Assembly: GCA_016748015.1 (NCBI GenBank)
Contig: JAAOMT010000706.1
Span: 390,219 to 454,218 of the forward strand
Direction of reading: 5' to 3'
Origin: Geosiphon pyriformis uo1
Taxonomy: Eukaryota > Fungi > Glomeromycota
Length of the DNA stretch: 64,000 bases
Shown piece by piece: positions 1-12,867 of this stretch. Both the position numbers and the translations under genes were made by a program. The notes under the pieces were generated by a model. The model was not told the DNA's origin and ran no database searches. It was given only the letters and a program-made list of their open reading frames with translations. Position 1 is the first letter of the stretch, and each line of letters begins with the position of its first letter.

Positions 1-2
1 CA

Positions 3-1418
3 TTTGAATTAACAGCATCAAAACAACAAACAATAAACCCCGAAAACTACAACAATCTCAAACAATATTTGGAGACATTAACAATCCCAACAGATTAGTC
101 CCCAGACAAAAAACATTGGTTACAACAACAAGCCAAACAATATTTTCTACACAACAACATTATTTATCATCGAAATTTCAAAAACCCAACCAAACCACTC
201 AGATTAATACAAAAACAGGAAAAAGAGACCATTTTATACAATATGCACTCAGATCCTTCATCAGCACACTTCAGAAAAGATAACACCACTCAAAGAACAC
301 TAGAATACTACTTTTGGCCTCGAATGAGAAAAGACATTCACGAATATGTCGAATCTTGTGATAGTTGTCAAAGAAGAGAAGGAACTTGCCCTACAGAACC
401 TTTAAATCCAATCAAAGTTGAACAGCCTTTTGACAGAGTTAGTATCAATTTAGTCGGACCACTATCTATCACCACTCAAGGAAATTGTTATATTGCAGTA
501 GCTATAGACTATCTTACTAAATGGCCTGAAGCCAGAGCCATTCAATGAGCAGATGCAAAATTAGTAGCAAATTTTATCTACAAAGACATCATTTATAGAC
601 ATGAATGTCCAATTGAACTTTTATCCAATCAGGGAACACACTTTGTGAACAATCTGATACAAGAAATTTGTGAACGATTCAATGTCAAAAGACCTCTGTC
701 TTTGCCCTACTATCCACAAACAAACGGACTTGTGAAACGTTTTAACAGAACATTGTGTGAGTCATTAGCCAAAGTCTCAACCAATTTTGAGCAAGAATGG
801 GATTTCTTTATTCCATCAGTGTTATTAGCATATAGGACATTAAAACAAGATACCACGAAACACACACCATTTGATTTAACTTATGGAAGGATGGCAACAT
901 TACCAATTAGTTTCACAGTGGAAACATACCTAGCACAACCGATCGATGAAAACAATTTCCAAGAAATGCTTCAGTGAAGAGCCTACACTCTGCTTAGCAC
1001 ATTGGAAGGAAAATGACGAATAGCAGCCACCCATATTGAACACTCCCAAACTCAACAAAAAGAATGGCATGATGACAAATTGCCTTTAGTTACCAATAAA
1101 TTCAAAATTGGAAACAAAGTTCTCTTACACAGAACTAAAGCTGAAAAACAATAGAGTGAAAAATTTGAAAATAAATGGGATGGATCATTCTTTATCCATG
1201 AAGTCCTAGACAATGGATCATACAAGCTAAGACTTGATGACAAAATCCTAGCAAAAGTTGCACATGGAGATCGTTTGAAACACTATCATTCCAGAAACAA
1301 TCCTGAACCATTAATTCCACAAATTGGTACACATTCCCCTTTGATCAGTCCCGAAGATATTTTCCAAAACTTAGAACCAATAGTTGTCATTGAACAACCT
1401 TCCAACCTGAACACTTAA
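3..1418 (+). pseudogene. Ty3/Gypsy pol 3' end (integrase: HHCC zinc finger, DDE core, GPY/F C-terminal module), copy 1, inactivated
   Basis: One continuous frame with in-frame stops at 546, 975, 1014 and 1152. Motifs: MHSDPSSAH...CDSC, AIDYLTKWPEA, YYPQTNGLVKRFN, TPFDLTYGR, FKIGNKVLL...KWDGSF...GSYKL. Integrase is last in pol, which is Gypsy order. Confidence 0.9.
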
Positions 1419-1536
1419 TTTAATTTTACTAGTTATTTTCTTATAATTTAGAAACAATCTCACAAAAACAAAACAAAAATAACATAAAAACCCATACACC
1501 AAAAATAATTTTTTTTATTTTTTTCAATTGCTTATA

Positions 1537-2256
1537 ATGACTATTCCTCAAAACATTCAACAATTATCCCAAAAACTAATGTTAGCTTTAAAAACAATAC
1601 CCAAATTATCCATTACTGTTACTGGAAACCACATAAATTATACCCAAACAGAAGTAGTTACAAATTTAGCCCCAAATTCACGAAAATATCACCCGTATAA
1701 AAAAAACACAAAAAGTTATACTGGAATTCACCTGCCAGAACTTTTAAAGCTTGCTTTAAGAGAAAACCTAATGCTCACTCCGATTAGTATTCCATCAAAT
1801 ACTACAATTCAACAAAAACTTCAACTATGTCTCAATGAGAAAAACACTAAATATCCTCCAATCTATAGATATTTTCACATTGGAAAAACACTCTACGAAC
1901 GGAAACTGGAACTTATAACAGCAAACCTCACAAAAAAAGCTATTTAGAAACAACTCCACAACGAATTCAAGACAACAGCTGGATCAACAAACAGTCGCTA
2001 CAGGCTTAGAGCTGCTCTTAGACTTTATGACCTATTCCACACCTGTGAAAACGTACTACAAAACCCAATTTGTCAATCTTTGAAGATTCAATATATTGGA
2101 AAGCTCACAGAACTGAAATTTCAACAATTTTCAGACCAAATTTCTTCAATAATTTTGGATTATTATCTGGAAATAACAGACAGTACTTGGACTTTGACAG
2201 AGCTCAGTCTTGAGGAGGAGGTTATGTTACCAGACAAAATTAGAGATATCATTTAG
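1537..2256 (+). pseudogene. Extra ORF (about 239 codons) of the Gypsy element between pol and the 3' LTR; one premature stop
   Basis: ATG at 1537; TAG at 1945 (copy 2 has CAA at the aligned codon). The frame then stays open (KQLHNEFK...RAALRLYDLF...LEEEVMLPDKIRDII) to TAG at 2254-2256. Confidence 0.75.
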
Positions 2257-3208
2257 CATGAAATTATCTCATAATTCTTATCATTAATTAGCATATATTA
2301 TCATTTCAAATTATCACTTATTACATTAGCAAAAAATGTCCAAAATTATCATTTAATTAATAACCCAAATTGTATACAACACAAATGTAACCTAATTGCG
2401 ATAATCAATCATGCAATACCCTGAACTATGTAACATTCAAAAGTTTGCCGAAATTTATAGAAATTCACCGAAATAATTGATAATTTACCGAAATATCTAA
2501 TAGTTCACAGAAATAACTTGTAGTTCACCGAAATGTATCTTTAGTTCAGCGAAATTGTAGAAAATAGCAAAGTTCAAGTTCATAGAATAATATTATGACA
2601 AGTTGTATAAAAGAAGAGCTTCTCTCTTCGAGAAAATGTATCTTACTTTAGATTTATCACTTAGAACCATTTCTACACACACAAAAAGAAATAAATACCA
2701 AATAATTTGAAAAACCAAATTCTTTAATTATTGCCCTTGGAAAATTCCCAAAAAACCAACTAACATTTCAAAATTGATTAGCTACCAATTTCAGTAAACT
2801 GTTAGTAACTCCAGGCCTGGATAGAAAACGTTTCCCTTGATAAAATTCTATTTCTTTTACACTTCTTTTATTTTTCTTTTCTTTTTTTATTACAATCATT
2901 AGGGTAGCCTACAGACAAGATTCCTGTAGAAGAGTTCACTTTCACAGCAAAGTAACTACACATTTTTAGTGAGCTTCCAGACAAACAATTCCTGAAAAAG
3001 AGTTGACATTTACTACAACATAACTACATAAAGCAACTGGCACGGAATTGGTCATTTCACTCATAAGCCCAGCAAGTTTAAATTATAGGAGATAATTTGA
3101 AGTTAAAAATTCAGTTACTGAAGGTTCAACCACATCCAGAAAACGTGAATTCACAGCAAATAAGTATCAACAACATTACAGAAAAGAGACCAAAAACCTC
3201 TGGTAACA
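2225..3208 (+). mobile_element. 3' LTR of Gypsy copy 1 (984 bp)
   Basis: Begins TGTTACCAGA and ends TCTGGTAACA, a perfect 10-bp inverted repeat with TG...CA ends. Preceded by polypurine tract GAGGAGGAGG. Contains TATAAAA near 2607 and AATAAA near 2690. Confidence 0.88.
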
Positions 3209-5287
3209 ACTACAACAAAATTTATTATTAAAACCATAGAAATCCAACCAACTTACTCAGATTAGTACAAGAAAATAAGAAAGAAACAATCTTTTACAAC
3301 ATGCATACAAATTTTTCTTCAGCATACTTGGAAAAAGATAAAATAATTCAAAGAATTCTTGAACATTATTTTTGGTTTTACATGTAAAAAAACATTTAAT
3401 AATATATAGAGTCTTGTGATAGTTGTTAAAAAAAAAAAGAACTCACTTCATGAAACTTTTAAATCTAATCAAAATTGGACAACTTTTTAACAGAGTTAAA
3501 ATTAATTTAGTTGGACCATTATTTATTACAACCCAAGGAAATTGTTATATTGCAGTCGCAGTAAATTATTTTACCAAATGGCCTAAAACTAGAGTCATCC
3601 AAAGAGCAGATGTAAAATCAGTAGCAAATTTCATTTATGAAGACATTATTTGTAGACATAGATGCTTAATTAAACTTTTATCTGATCAAAAACCACATTT
3701 TGTAAACAACTTGATACAAAAAATTTGTAAACAATTTAATATCAAAAGATCTTTATCATCATCTTATTACCCCCAAACAAATAGATTTGTAGAACATTTT
3801 AACAAAACATTGTATAAATCTTTAGCCAAAGTTTCAACTAATTTTAAGCAGAAATGAGATATATTTATTCTATCAGTATTATTAACATACAGGATACTAA
3901 AACAAAATACTACAAAACACACACTATTTGATCTTACTTATGGAAAAACAGCAATATTACTAATTAACTTTATAGTGGAAACATATCCAATGCAACCAAT
4001 CAATAAAAAAAACTTTCAAACAACATTTTAAAAAAGAGTTTACACTCTTTTTAATACACTAAAAAAAAAAAGACAAATAGCAGCTACTCATATTAAACAC
4101 TTTTAAGCTCAACAAAAAGAAAGGCATGACAACAAACTGTTACTAATTACCAATGAATTTAAAATTAGAAATAAAGTTTTCTTATACAAAACTAAGACTA
4201 AAAAACAATAAAGTAAAAAATTTGAACATAAATAGAATAGATTATTTTATATTCACAAAATCTTAGACAATAGATTATATAAGTTAAGACTTGATAACAA
4301 AGTACTAGCAAAAGTTGCACATAGAGATTGATTAAAACACTATTATTTCAGAAACAATTCTGAACCATTAATTCCACAAATTGGTACACATTTTCTTTTA
4401 ATTAATCCTGAAGATATTTCCTGAAATTTAAAACCAATAGTTATAATAGAACAATAACCAAACTTAAATACTTAATTTAATATTTTTACAATAACTTCTT
4501 TAAAATACACTAAACATAAAACAAAAATAGTAAATAATTACAAAAAACACTCAAATCCAAAAACAAATAAAAATCTTATACCCAAAAATAATTTTTCATA
4601 TTTTTTTTCAAAAATTATTTATTAGTTAGTCATTTTTATCATGATTATTCCTTAAAATATTCAACAAATATTCCAAAAATTTATTTATAATAATTAATAG
4701 AAGTCAAATTAATTACATTCAAAAAAAAACTATAACACCAATAGTAAATAATTCTCCTTATAGAAAAAAAACAAAAGATTACTCTGAAAATCAATTACCA
4801 GAACTTTTGAAACAAGCACTAAAAAAAAATCTTTTAATTGCTTCTATTGACATTTTACCAAATACCACAATCTAACAGAAACTTCTACTATTTCTTAATG
4901 AACAAAACAATGAACATATCTTTATCTATAGATATTTTTATATTGGAAAAACACTTTATAAACGAAAACTGGAGCTTGAAGCAACAAAAATTACTTTTGA
5001 AACTATACAAAAACAAATTCACAATGAATTCAAAACAGCAGTTAGATCAATAAACACTTGCTATAAACTTAAAGCAGCATTTAGACTCTATGATTTATTC
5101 AATACTTGTAAAAACGTCCTACAAAATCCAATACTTTACTCAATAAAAATTCAATACATTAAAAAGCTCACAGAATTGAAATTTCAACAATTTTCAAAAC
5201 AGATCACTTTAATTATCTTGGATTATTATCTTAATATCACAGATAGTGCTTAGACTTTGATAGAACTTAGTCTTAAGGAAGAAATTA
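3209..5287 (+). mobile_element. Older Gypsy copy 2: degenerate integrase plus the same extra ORF
   Basis: Colinear with about 145-2224, with many more C>T/G>A changes, stops and frameshifts. ORF 3423-3857 is the integrase core. Confidence 0.88.
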
Positions 5288-6285
5288 TGTTACCAGTAGA
5301 ATTTTAGCTATTAATTAGCATAAAATTACTCTCATAATACCTATTATTAATTAGTATATATTATTATCATTTCAATTATCACTTATTAATTAATCAAATT
5401 ATCAAATATTATTATTTAATTAATAACTTAATTTGTACCATAGAAATTAAGATAATCAAATTACACAATATTCTGAACCATTTAATATAGTCAAAATTTG
5501 CTAAAATTGATAAAAATTGGCTGAAATAATTAATAGTTTGTAGAAATAACTTGTAGTTCACCAAAATATATCTTTAGTTTACCAAAATTAAAGCAAAGAG
5601 AAAAGTGCAAGTTCAAAGACTAGTATTATAACAAGTTGTATAAAAAAAAAGCTTCTCTCTTCAAGAAAATAATATCTTTCTATAGTATCTTCTCATAATA
5701 TTTTCTCATAGTATCTTTTCATAGTATTTTACTTTAGATATCTTAATTAGAACAAATCATCTTTAACATATCTCAAATAAAAATTAAATATTTGAAAACC
5801 AAATTTTTTAAAATTATTACACTTAAAAATCTTTCAACACAATTAATATTTTGAAATTGATTAGCTACCAATTTCAGTAAATCTGTTAATAACTTCAGGC
5901 CTAAATAGAAAACATTTCTCTTGACACAATTTTATTTCTTTTATATTTCTTTTATTTATTTATTTTTTATTATAATCATTAAGGTAGTCTACAAACAAGA
6001 TTTCTGTAAAAAAGTTGATTTTTACAGCAAAGTAACTACATATTTTTAGTGAGCTTTTAAATAAAAAATTCTTGGAAAAGAGTTAACATTTATTACAATG
6101 TAACTACACAAAGTAACTGACATAGAATTGGCTATTCTACTTATAAGTCTAGTAGTTCAAATTATAAGAGATAATTTGAAGATAAATTTAGTTATTAAAG
6201 ATCTAACTACTCTTTTTAGTCATGAATTCACAGCAAACAGACATTAACAGCATTTAAGAAAAAAAACCAAAAACCTCTGATAATA
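5288..6285 (+). mobile_element. 3' LTR of Gypsy copy 2
   Basis: Starts TGTTACCAG and ends TCTGATAATA, a transition-mutated TCTGGTAACA. Colinear with LTR 2225-3208 and carries an extra 13-bp tandem repeat at about 5682-5730. Confidence 0.85.
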
Positions 6286-8330
6286 ATACTATGGACATTA
6301 CATATAGCATTTTTCTAAACCAAATTACTTATTAAGATAAAAAACATATTAGAAAACCCAAATCAGTACACAATTGATCTAATTTCACTAGAACTGAACC
6401 AACAAAAGCTTCAAAAGCCACCAATTTTAATTTTAAACTGCTTATTTTGGTGGTCAAAATCTTTAAACTATTCAAATCTAAGATTAAAGTTTTAATAATA
6501 ACCAGAAAAAGAGATAAAAGTGAAATATTCAAACTATTTAATACTATATTTGAATTCAAAACCAAACTAAAATTTATTAAGTTTGCCAAGTTATAAGAAG
6601 AAAAATGTAAAGACAAAGACACTAAATCTATATTGCCAAGTCTGTACACAATACTAGATACCTAATTAGCAATAGCTTCAAAAAACATTCTAAAAAGTCT
6701 AAGCAAGTAACAATTAACAAATTATTATTAAGAACTAAGAGAGCTTTGCCAATGTACAGAAGTTTTAAAAGATGTGACTTAGAACCAAAACCAGAACCAA
6801 AACCAAGAAAAAAGTCTTTAGTAAAGACAGCAAATAAAACCATTTAAGTCTAAGATTTGCTATCAAAAGCAGCAAGGCAAAAAATAGAAACATTTTTTTT
6901 GGCATACAACTTGACAAGCTGAAAACAATTTTTATTTGAAACAAATCTTTTAAATACTTTTATAGAAAGAGAAGCTAAGACATTAAACATCTTATATTCT
7001 AGAGCAAAATGCTTAAAATAGTCACATTTCTTATATCAAACCAAATCCATCTTAGTTTATAAAAGTTTCATATCACCAAAAATCAGTTTTGTGTAAAAGA
7101 CAGATCTCAGCTTTTCATCTAATTCAAAACCAATTACAGTACAATGAATTTAGTTGTTAGTATTAAATAAATAATTAATAATACAAGTTTTCTTATCAGC
7201 TTTCTCTAATATATTACCAAAATTATGTACAGTTGTCCTTACAAGCAAGATAAACAAAAGCAATCTAAAATAATCTTTAGACATCCAAGTTTTGTAATTT
7301 TTTACAGCTTTAATTACATATATTGAATTTTTCTCAATTAAAAATAACCACTTTGCTATTAACTAATTTGCTTGACTTGATTTAGTAAACTTCATTACAG
7401 CTTTCTGTTATAGTCTAATTAATTGTAATCAAATTGATATTACTTAACCAAACTCAGAGAAAGCTGCAATAATCATTTTTTTTAACATATATATAAGAAT
7501 TTTTTTTATTACTACAATCTAATCTGAACAAATTTTTTGTTTTTTAAGATTATTGTTTACTATAATATCTTTTTTTTTGGCCAATAATGTAATCTTTTCT
7601 ATGCTTTTTTCTAATGTAAATGTTGATCTAATAATCTTTTTAAATTTTGAAGAAATAGTAATTTTCTCAAAACTATTAACAAATAAAAAACTTTTTCTAA
7701 TTAACTAAGTTTTTATTATTGCTAATTTTTTCTTTATAATTAAAAGATTAATGTCCAATATAAAAGATTTTTTAACAATCACTTCAATCTGATTTTTTAT
7801 TAATTTAGAATCAATTCACTTCTTATTCAAAGAAACATAAAAGCAAAAAGAAAGAAAGACTTCATTATTATTATTTATATAATAGTTTAAAGAGCCAATT
7901 AAAAAACCAATTTTATTATTAGTATTAGCTTATTTGATCTTAAATGTATTCATTTTTGAGTTAGACTAGGCTTTATTCTCATCATTAGCATTATTATTTG
8001 TATTTATTCCAAAACTCAAATCTGCTTTATTATTAAAATGTTTAATATTACCAAGTAATAACTTTTGCTTCTAAGCCAAGCTCTTATTAACAGAGCCTGA
8101 AACCACAATTCTGGCTGATTTTTTTTAGCCTCAGAACTATTCATAATAGCAGCCAATTTAACAACAAAAGAATTTGGTATTTGACTCTTTTTTGGAAATT
8201 TGAGACAAAGAACAATAATTTGATAATAAAATTAAAAAATAATTTTATAATAATATTTAAATTGAATGGTTTTTTTTAATTTGGTTGGATTAATAAATCT
8301 TGTTAATAAATTTTTAATTATAAAATAACA
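6286..8330 (-). mobile_element. Degenerate non-LTR (LINE-like) element: ORF1 relic and the first codons of ORF2 endonuclease
   Basis: The minus strand at about 6992-7035 reads YKKCDYFKHFALEY, a CX2CX4HX4C knuckle with TGT>TAT changes. At about 6287-6334 it reads ISNLV*KNAICNVHSI, resembling the APE start (..ATCNVRG). The 5' boundary is approximate. Confidence 0.65.
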
Positions 8331-8801
8331 TAAACAAATTGTTAATAATAAATTTTAGTAATTGTTTATTTTCTTTGGCATATTTTCACATTCTCAGGCT
8401 TTGCCAAAGTTAACATTTATTCATAACAACTTTCAAAAATTTGAAAGAACTTTTAATAAAAACTTTTGAATAAATCTTGCCAAATTATTTTACAAGATGG
8501 ACATCAAGTTATAACAATTTCTGGACAACTTATTCCAAGAAAATACCTAAACAAAGAAAATGATTCGAGAAATGGAAAAAATGTACAAAAGCTATAACCA
8601 TGAGCTAGTTATAAGTAGCAAAAAATCATGAAATTCATCAAAATTTGAGGATACGAAATCGGCTGGGATGTATCACGCCTATTAGCAGTAGTTTCCAAGA
8701 AATGAAAAACACAATATATACATATTGATCTCATCAAAATAAATAGGACAAATATTGTGTGATCAAACCGAATTCAAATTATCCCAATTTCAGGATTTCC
8801 A

Positions 8802-11800
8802 CTAACTAAATAGTCGCCGAATGAATGCTGTTGGACTGTTTGGAGGATTTATAGATGGTTCGCCATCTTCGACTTGTGGAGTATCAATTTCCATAGGAGT
8901 GATTATCTGAGTAGCTCCCTCTTCCGAGACGTTCGTTATTGAATCATCGGTATTAATTTTTAGACTATCGTTTGCCTTATCATTCGTTGTTATTGGGTAA
9001 GCATTTTCAGTTGAATTGGAATCGTTTTTCGATATAGATGCCCTTTTCTCACTAGGTGAAGGGGATCCACACATTTCATCGACATCTGAGGAAACACGCG
9101 AATTTCCTCCTTGACTACCCATTTCTGGTGTACCTTTTACACTGAACCAACCAGGCAAAAAGCTTGTAAATCGACGGGGTGTTTGGATCTGTCGAGTTGG
9201 TGTCGACAAATTATCCGAGAAACTAGGAGAAGTAATTCTTGAAGTTGAAGCAAAGTTTGGAGTCCGACTTTCATTGATTTTTCGGCGTTTCATAGAATCG
9301 TTTTCCTCATTTGATTTCTCGTCATTTTGGGACTGTTAAATGAAATAAATCCAAGAAACGAATTGAAGCATTTCCATCAACAATGAAGATAAAGACTTTT
9401 AGATAAAGATAAAATTACCTCTAAACTACTAATCTTCCGCTTGTGCTTTGATAAGTCTGAATTTGCAATATGAAGGTTGTTATATACTTCATCATAACGT
9501 GTATTACTGGTAGTCAGGGAAGTTGTGCTATCAAAACTGCCACGCCTGCTTGCTTCAGAACGATGCTTTTCTCTGTCTTCCCGGGCAATAATATCCAAAG
9601 CCAAAACACGCTTTCTTACATTTTCCCTGATGTCAAAAATAAGAATAATGCGATGTAAATTATCCAATTGATATGGAATAAAATTGATGTCAAATCAATA
9701 GGCTAGGAAGCAACTTACGGAAGAAAGCATCTATGATCCTCATCAATTTTATAAAATTCATCCAAAATTTTTTTAAAAACTGTTTCTGGATTGTTGTGAC
9801 CCCTCCGAACTCCTGCATAAACTTGTTTTAGTTTATGCCAATGGTTATCAGTCCAACCCCTTGAGCTTGATGCTACAGATGGACTGAGATTGCCTGAAGT
9901 TGCTCGGGTAGCGTTATTAAATATTATATCTCGTGATCCATCCATGGAGTTAACAGGTTTCAATAAGAAAGTGGTTGGTCCAATTGGAGATTTATGGGAT
10001 GCTGTTGATTGAGTTTCTGGATCAGTACCACCTACTATTTGATAGACTGGCTTCAGCCGATTTACTATCTTTTCCAACGCCATGGGGCTATGTGATGTTA
10101 CTTCAACCACATCAGGATCGAAGGGGGGAGAAATAGGAGTTAGTTCGGATGGAACAAATTCTTCTGGTTTTTTGCCCTGAGAGTTCCCCTCTTGACCCAT
10201 AACCATATCTTTTACTTTGCTTTCTTTTTTTTCAGCAAATTTATTATTTTTGAAAGGAGTTTGGGGAAGATTATAATAATCAGATGATTCATCATTATTC
10301 TCTTCAACTCTATTATCAGGTTCATTTATGATCTGCACTTGTGGTTCAAGATGTATAACTTCTACGTCTTCTTCTTCTTCTTCTTCTTCCAGTTTGTTTT
10401 GTTCATAAATGAGTTTTTTCTCCGAGTCTGGTTTTTGAATCAATTCCTTATTAGCTATTGTTATAAAAGGGTCACGTATATTTTTATTTTTCGGTCGAGT
10501 TTTACTTTTGGCTCGAGGCTTTGGTTCATTTGAGGTTTTATTGGTTTTTAAACCGCGTACGGTAGGAGAATTAGGCGAATGGGAGATGGGAAGTGCATCA
10601 GATTTTACAGGTCGTAATGGGGCTTCAATATTGGACCCTTCTATCGTCGTATTTATTGGTGCATCACGGCGTGCACGTCTTGTGGTTGGCTTAGAATTAG
10701 TATTTTGGCGACCCCTGACTCCAGAAACGACTAAAGATTTTTTCGGACCGGAAATTCTACTACTTCCTTGAGGAGATATTTTACGTATAAGTCGCCGTGT
10801 TGATTTCTTACGAGTGCCATATTCACTGCCAGTTTCATTATTAGTTTCTGATTCATTATCTGCTTCTTCTGGGTGCCATTCGGCGTCTCCTTTATGTTGA
10901 TTTGAGCGAGTCTTTGGACGTCCAACTCTGCCTTTACGTGGGGAAGATTTCGGTCTACTATAAAGCCGTATACTTTTTGAGGTTGAGCTTTTATTAGATT
11001 TGTTCCGTTTCACATTTTCAAGTTCATCATCAACCTCCTTTTCCTTTGTTTGTTCTTCCTCTTTTGGCTCTTCCTCTTTTGGTTCTCCCTCTTTTGGTTC
11101 TTCTTCCTTTGGTTCTTCTTCCTTTGGTTCTCCCTCCTTTCCCTCAGGGGCATTTCTATCTTTGTGAGCTAAAATTTTACGTGAACGTAGTTCATGCTTG
11201 ACAAACACGCTAGATGTCTCAGAGAAATCATCTTCAGGTTGAGCTGCTATTTCTTCATTTGCATCTGGGCTAATAGGTTGATTTTCGAGTTTTGTTTCAC
11301 CCATTTGTATTTGAACAGGATGTTGATCCGTTTCAGATATGGGGTTAATTAGGCCAGGATGTTGATTAACCTCCTTCTTGGTATATTCTTCATCAACATC
11401 AGCTTCGTTTTCTGTAGCTGATTGTGGTTTACGACGAGCCATTTGCGATTTCTTTCTACCCCGTGATTTTGATCTCCTTCTTGGATAGTAAACATAATGA
11501 GGAAGGGATCTAGACGAAGAAGATTGGGGTTTGATAAGTCTCTTGCAAATAAGAAATAATGTCTAAAATTTGTATCAACCTCTTCCGTTCACGCAGTCTA
11601 GTTGATACAGGACTGTCATCGTCCTGCGGTTTTTCATATTGGTTTAAAGGCTCCATTTTGACGAATTCAGCCTGTGAAAGTATATCTTCCACATGTTGAA
11701 TGTGTTCATCCTTTCTAAATGTTTCCTTATATACCAGGAAAATTTTTAACGCATCAATAAAGATTACAAAGAAATCAATCAATCACCACCATAATTGGAG

Positions 11801-12293
11801 AGTTGGTCCCAACCTCGTTTTGATTCAATTCCAGTGAATTAATTTCCAACGTGAGATCCTGCACAGCAGTTTCCTGTTCATAGTTGGTTCCGATTTTTTT
11901 TTCCTCAAGTGGTTCATTATTCTCAGAATGATTTTGTGGGATATCATTTAGCGGGTCTCCACCAAAGTGCTCGACACCATCGGAATCTTCAGATAATAGC
12001 ACAAGTGTGGACTGTTGTTGAAGGTTCACTATCGTGCTATGCGATAACGAATCAGTGCTCAACCTTTCGCTTGGAGTAGCATACATAAATTCAGTCATTG
12101 TTGACTCTTGTTGACTCTGTGACGAATCTATTTTCGGGAAATGTTCAACAGAAACTAATTCATGTTGAAACAGCTTTGTGTGGCTTCTTGTCTTTCTATT
12201 TGGTAAAGTTTCTATAACTTGCAAAGTGCTCTTTTTAGTAATCTTTCCAGCAGTACGCTTGTTATTCTTAACCTTTGACGGTTCGAGCGGCAT
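8802..12293 (-). CDS. Large five-exon low-complexity, probably nuclear protein with an AT-hook-like motif
   Basis: Consecutive minus ORFs are joined by GT-AG introns (about 11787-11729, 11580-11481, 9718-9628, 9418-9333). Contains RVGRPK, EEPKE repeats, a WTDNHWHKLKQVY helical segment and a KRRK NLS-like motif. Confidence 0.75.
11050..11140 (-). repeat. Coding 15-bp tandem repeat (E[G/E]EPK)n
   Basis: KEGEPKEEEPKEEEPKEGEPKEEEPKEEE within ORF 9715-11442. Confidence 0.85.
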
Positions 12294-12769
12294 ATTGTTA
12301 TATATTTAGCTCGAAAACACTTTTTAACGCGTGGTAGAGAACGTTTTTGTTTCCAGTGTGCTGCTTCTTTCGGATAATGCAACTACAGGGAGGTTTCGAA
12401 AGCAAACAGCCACCCGGTATGATATTCGAGAAGACACGGTTCGAAAAGGGGAATTGTTTCCTAATAAGTAAAGATGGTCTCCAAATATGGTAATACAAAA
12501 CGTCCAAGAAAAGCCTCGTGTACAAAAACAAACATTACAGCAATGTTAATTTCAAGATGTACTGTTTTAATATCTGACATTACTGATCCCGATCGACACT
12601 TTTAAATGATCGCAGAATAGTTGATCCCTGATGCTTTTTTCGTAGATTTTTTTTGGTTTCACCGGGCAAAAAAAAAAATTTTTTATAAATTTTGAAAAAT
12701 ATAAAATAATTACGTTGTCTTTAAAATAACTCAACAGAATAAATATTCGGAGTTTAAAGGTCATAAAAT

Positions 12770-12832
12770 CATGATGATGATAATAATAATGATGATAATG
12801 ATGATAATGATGATATAATAATAATAATAATA

Positions 12833-12867
<35 letters not shown>
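12770..12867. repeat. (ATG/ATA)n compound microsatellite
   Basis: Directly visible; it produces the spurious poly-H/Y/I ORF 12761-12958. Confidence 0.95.

Noticed and set aside
2441-2560. CRISPR-like periodic repeat
   Set aside because: It is a tandem unit with no unique spacers, inside a eukaryotic LTR, and there are no cas genes.
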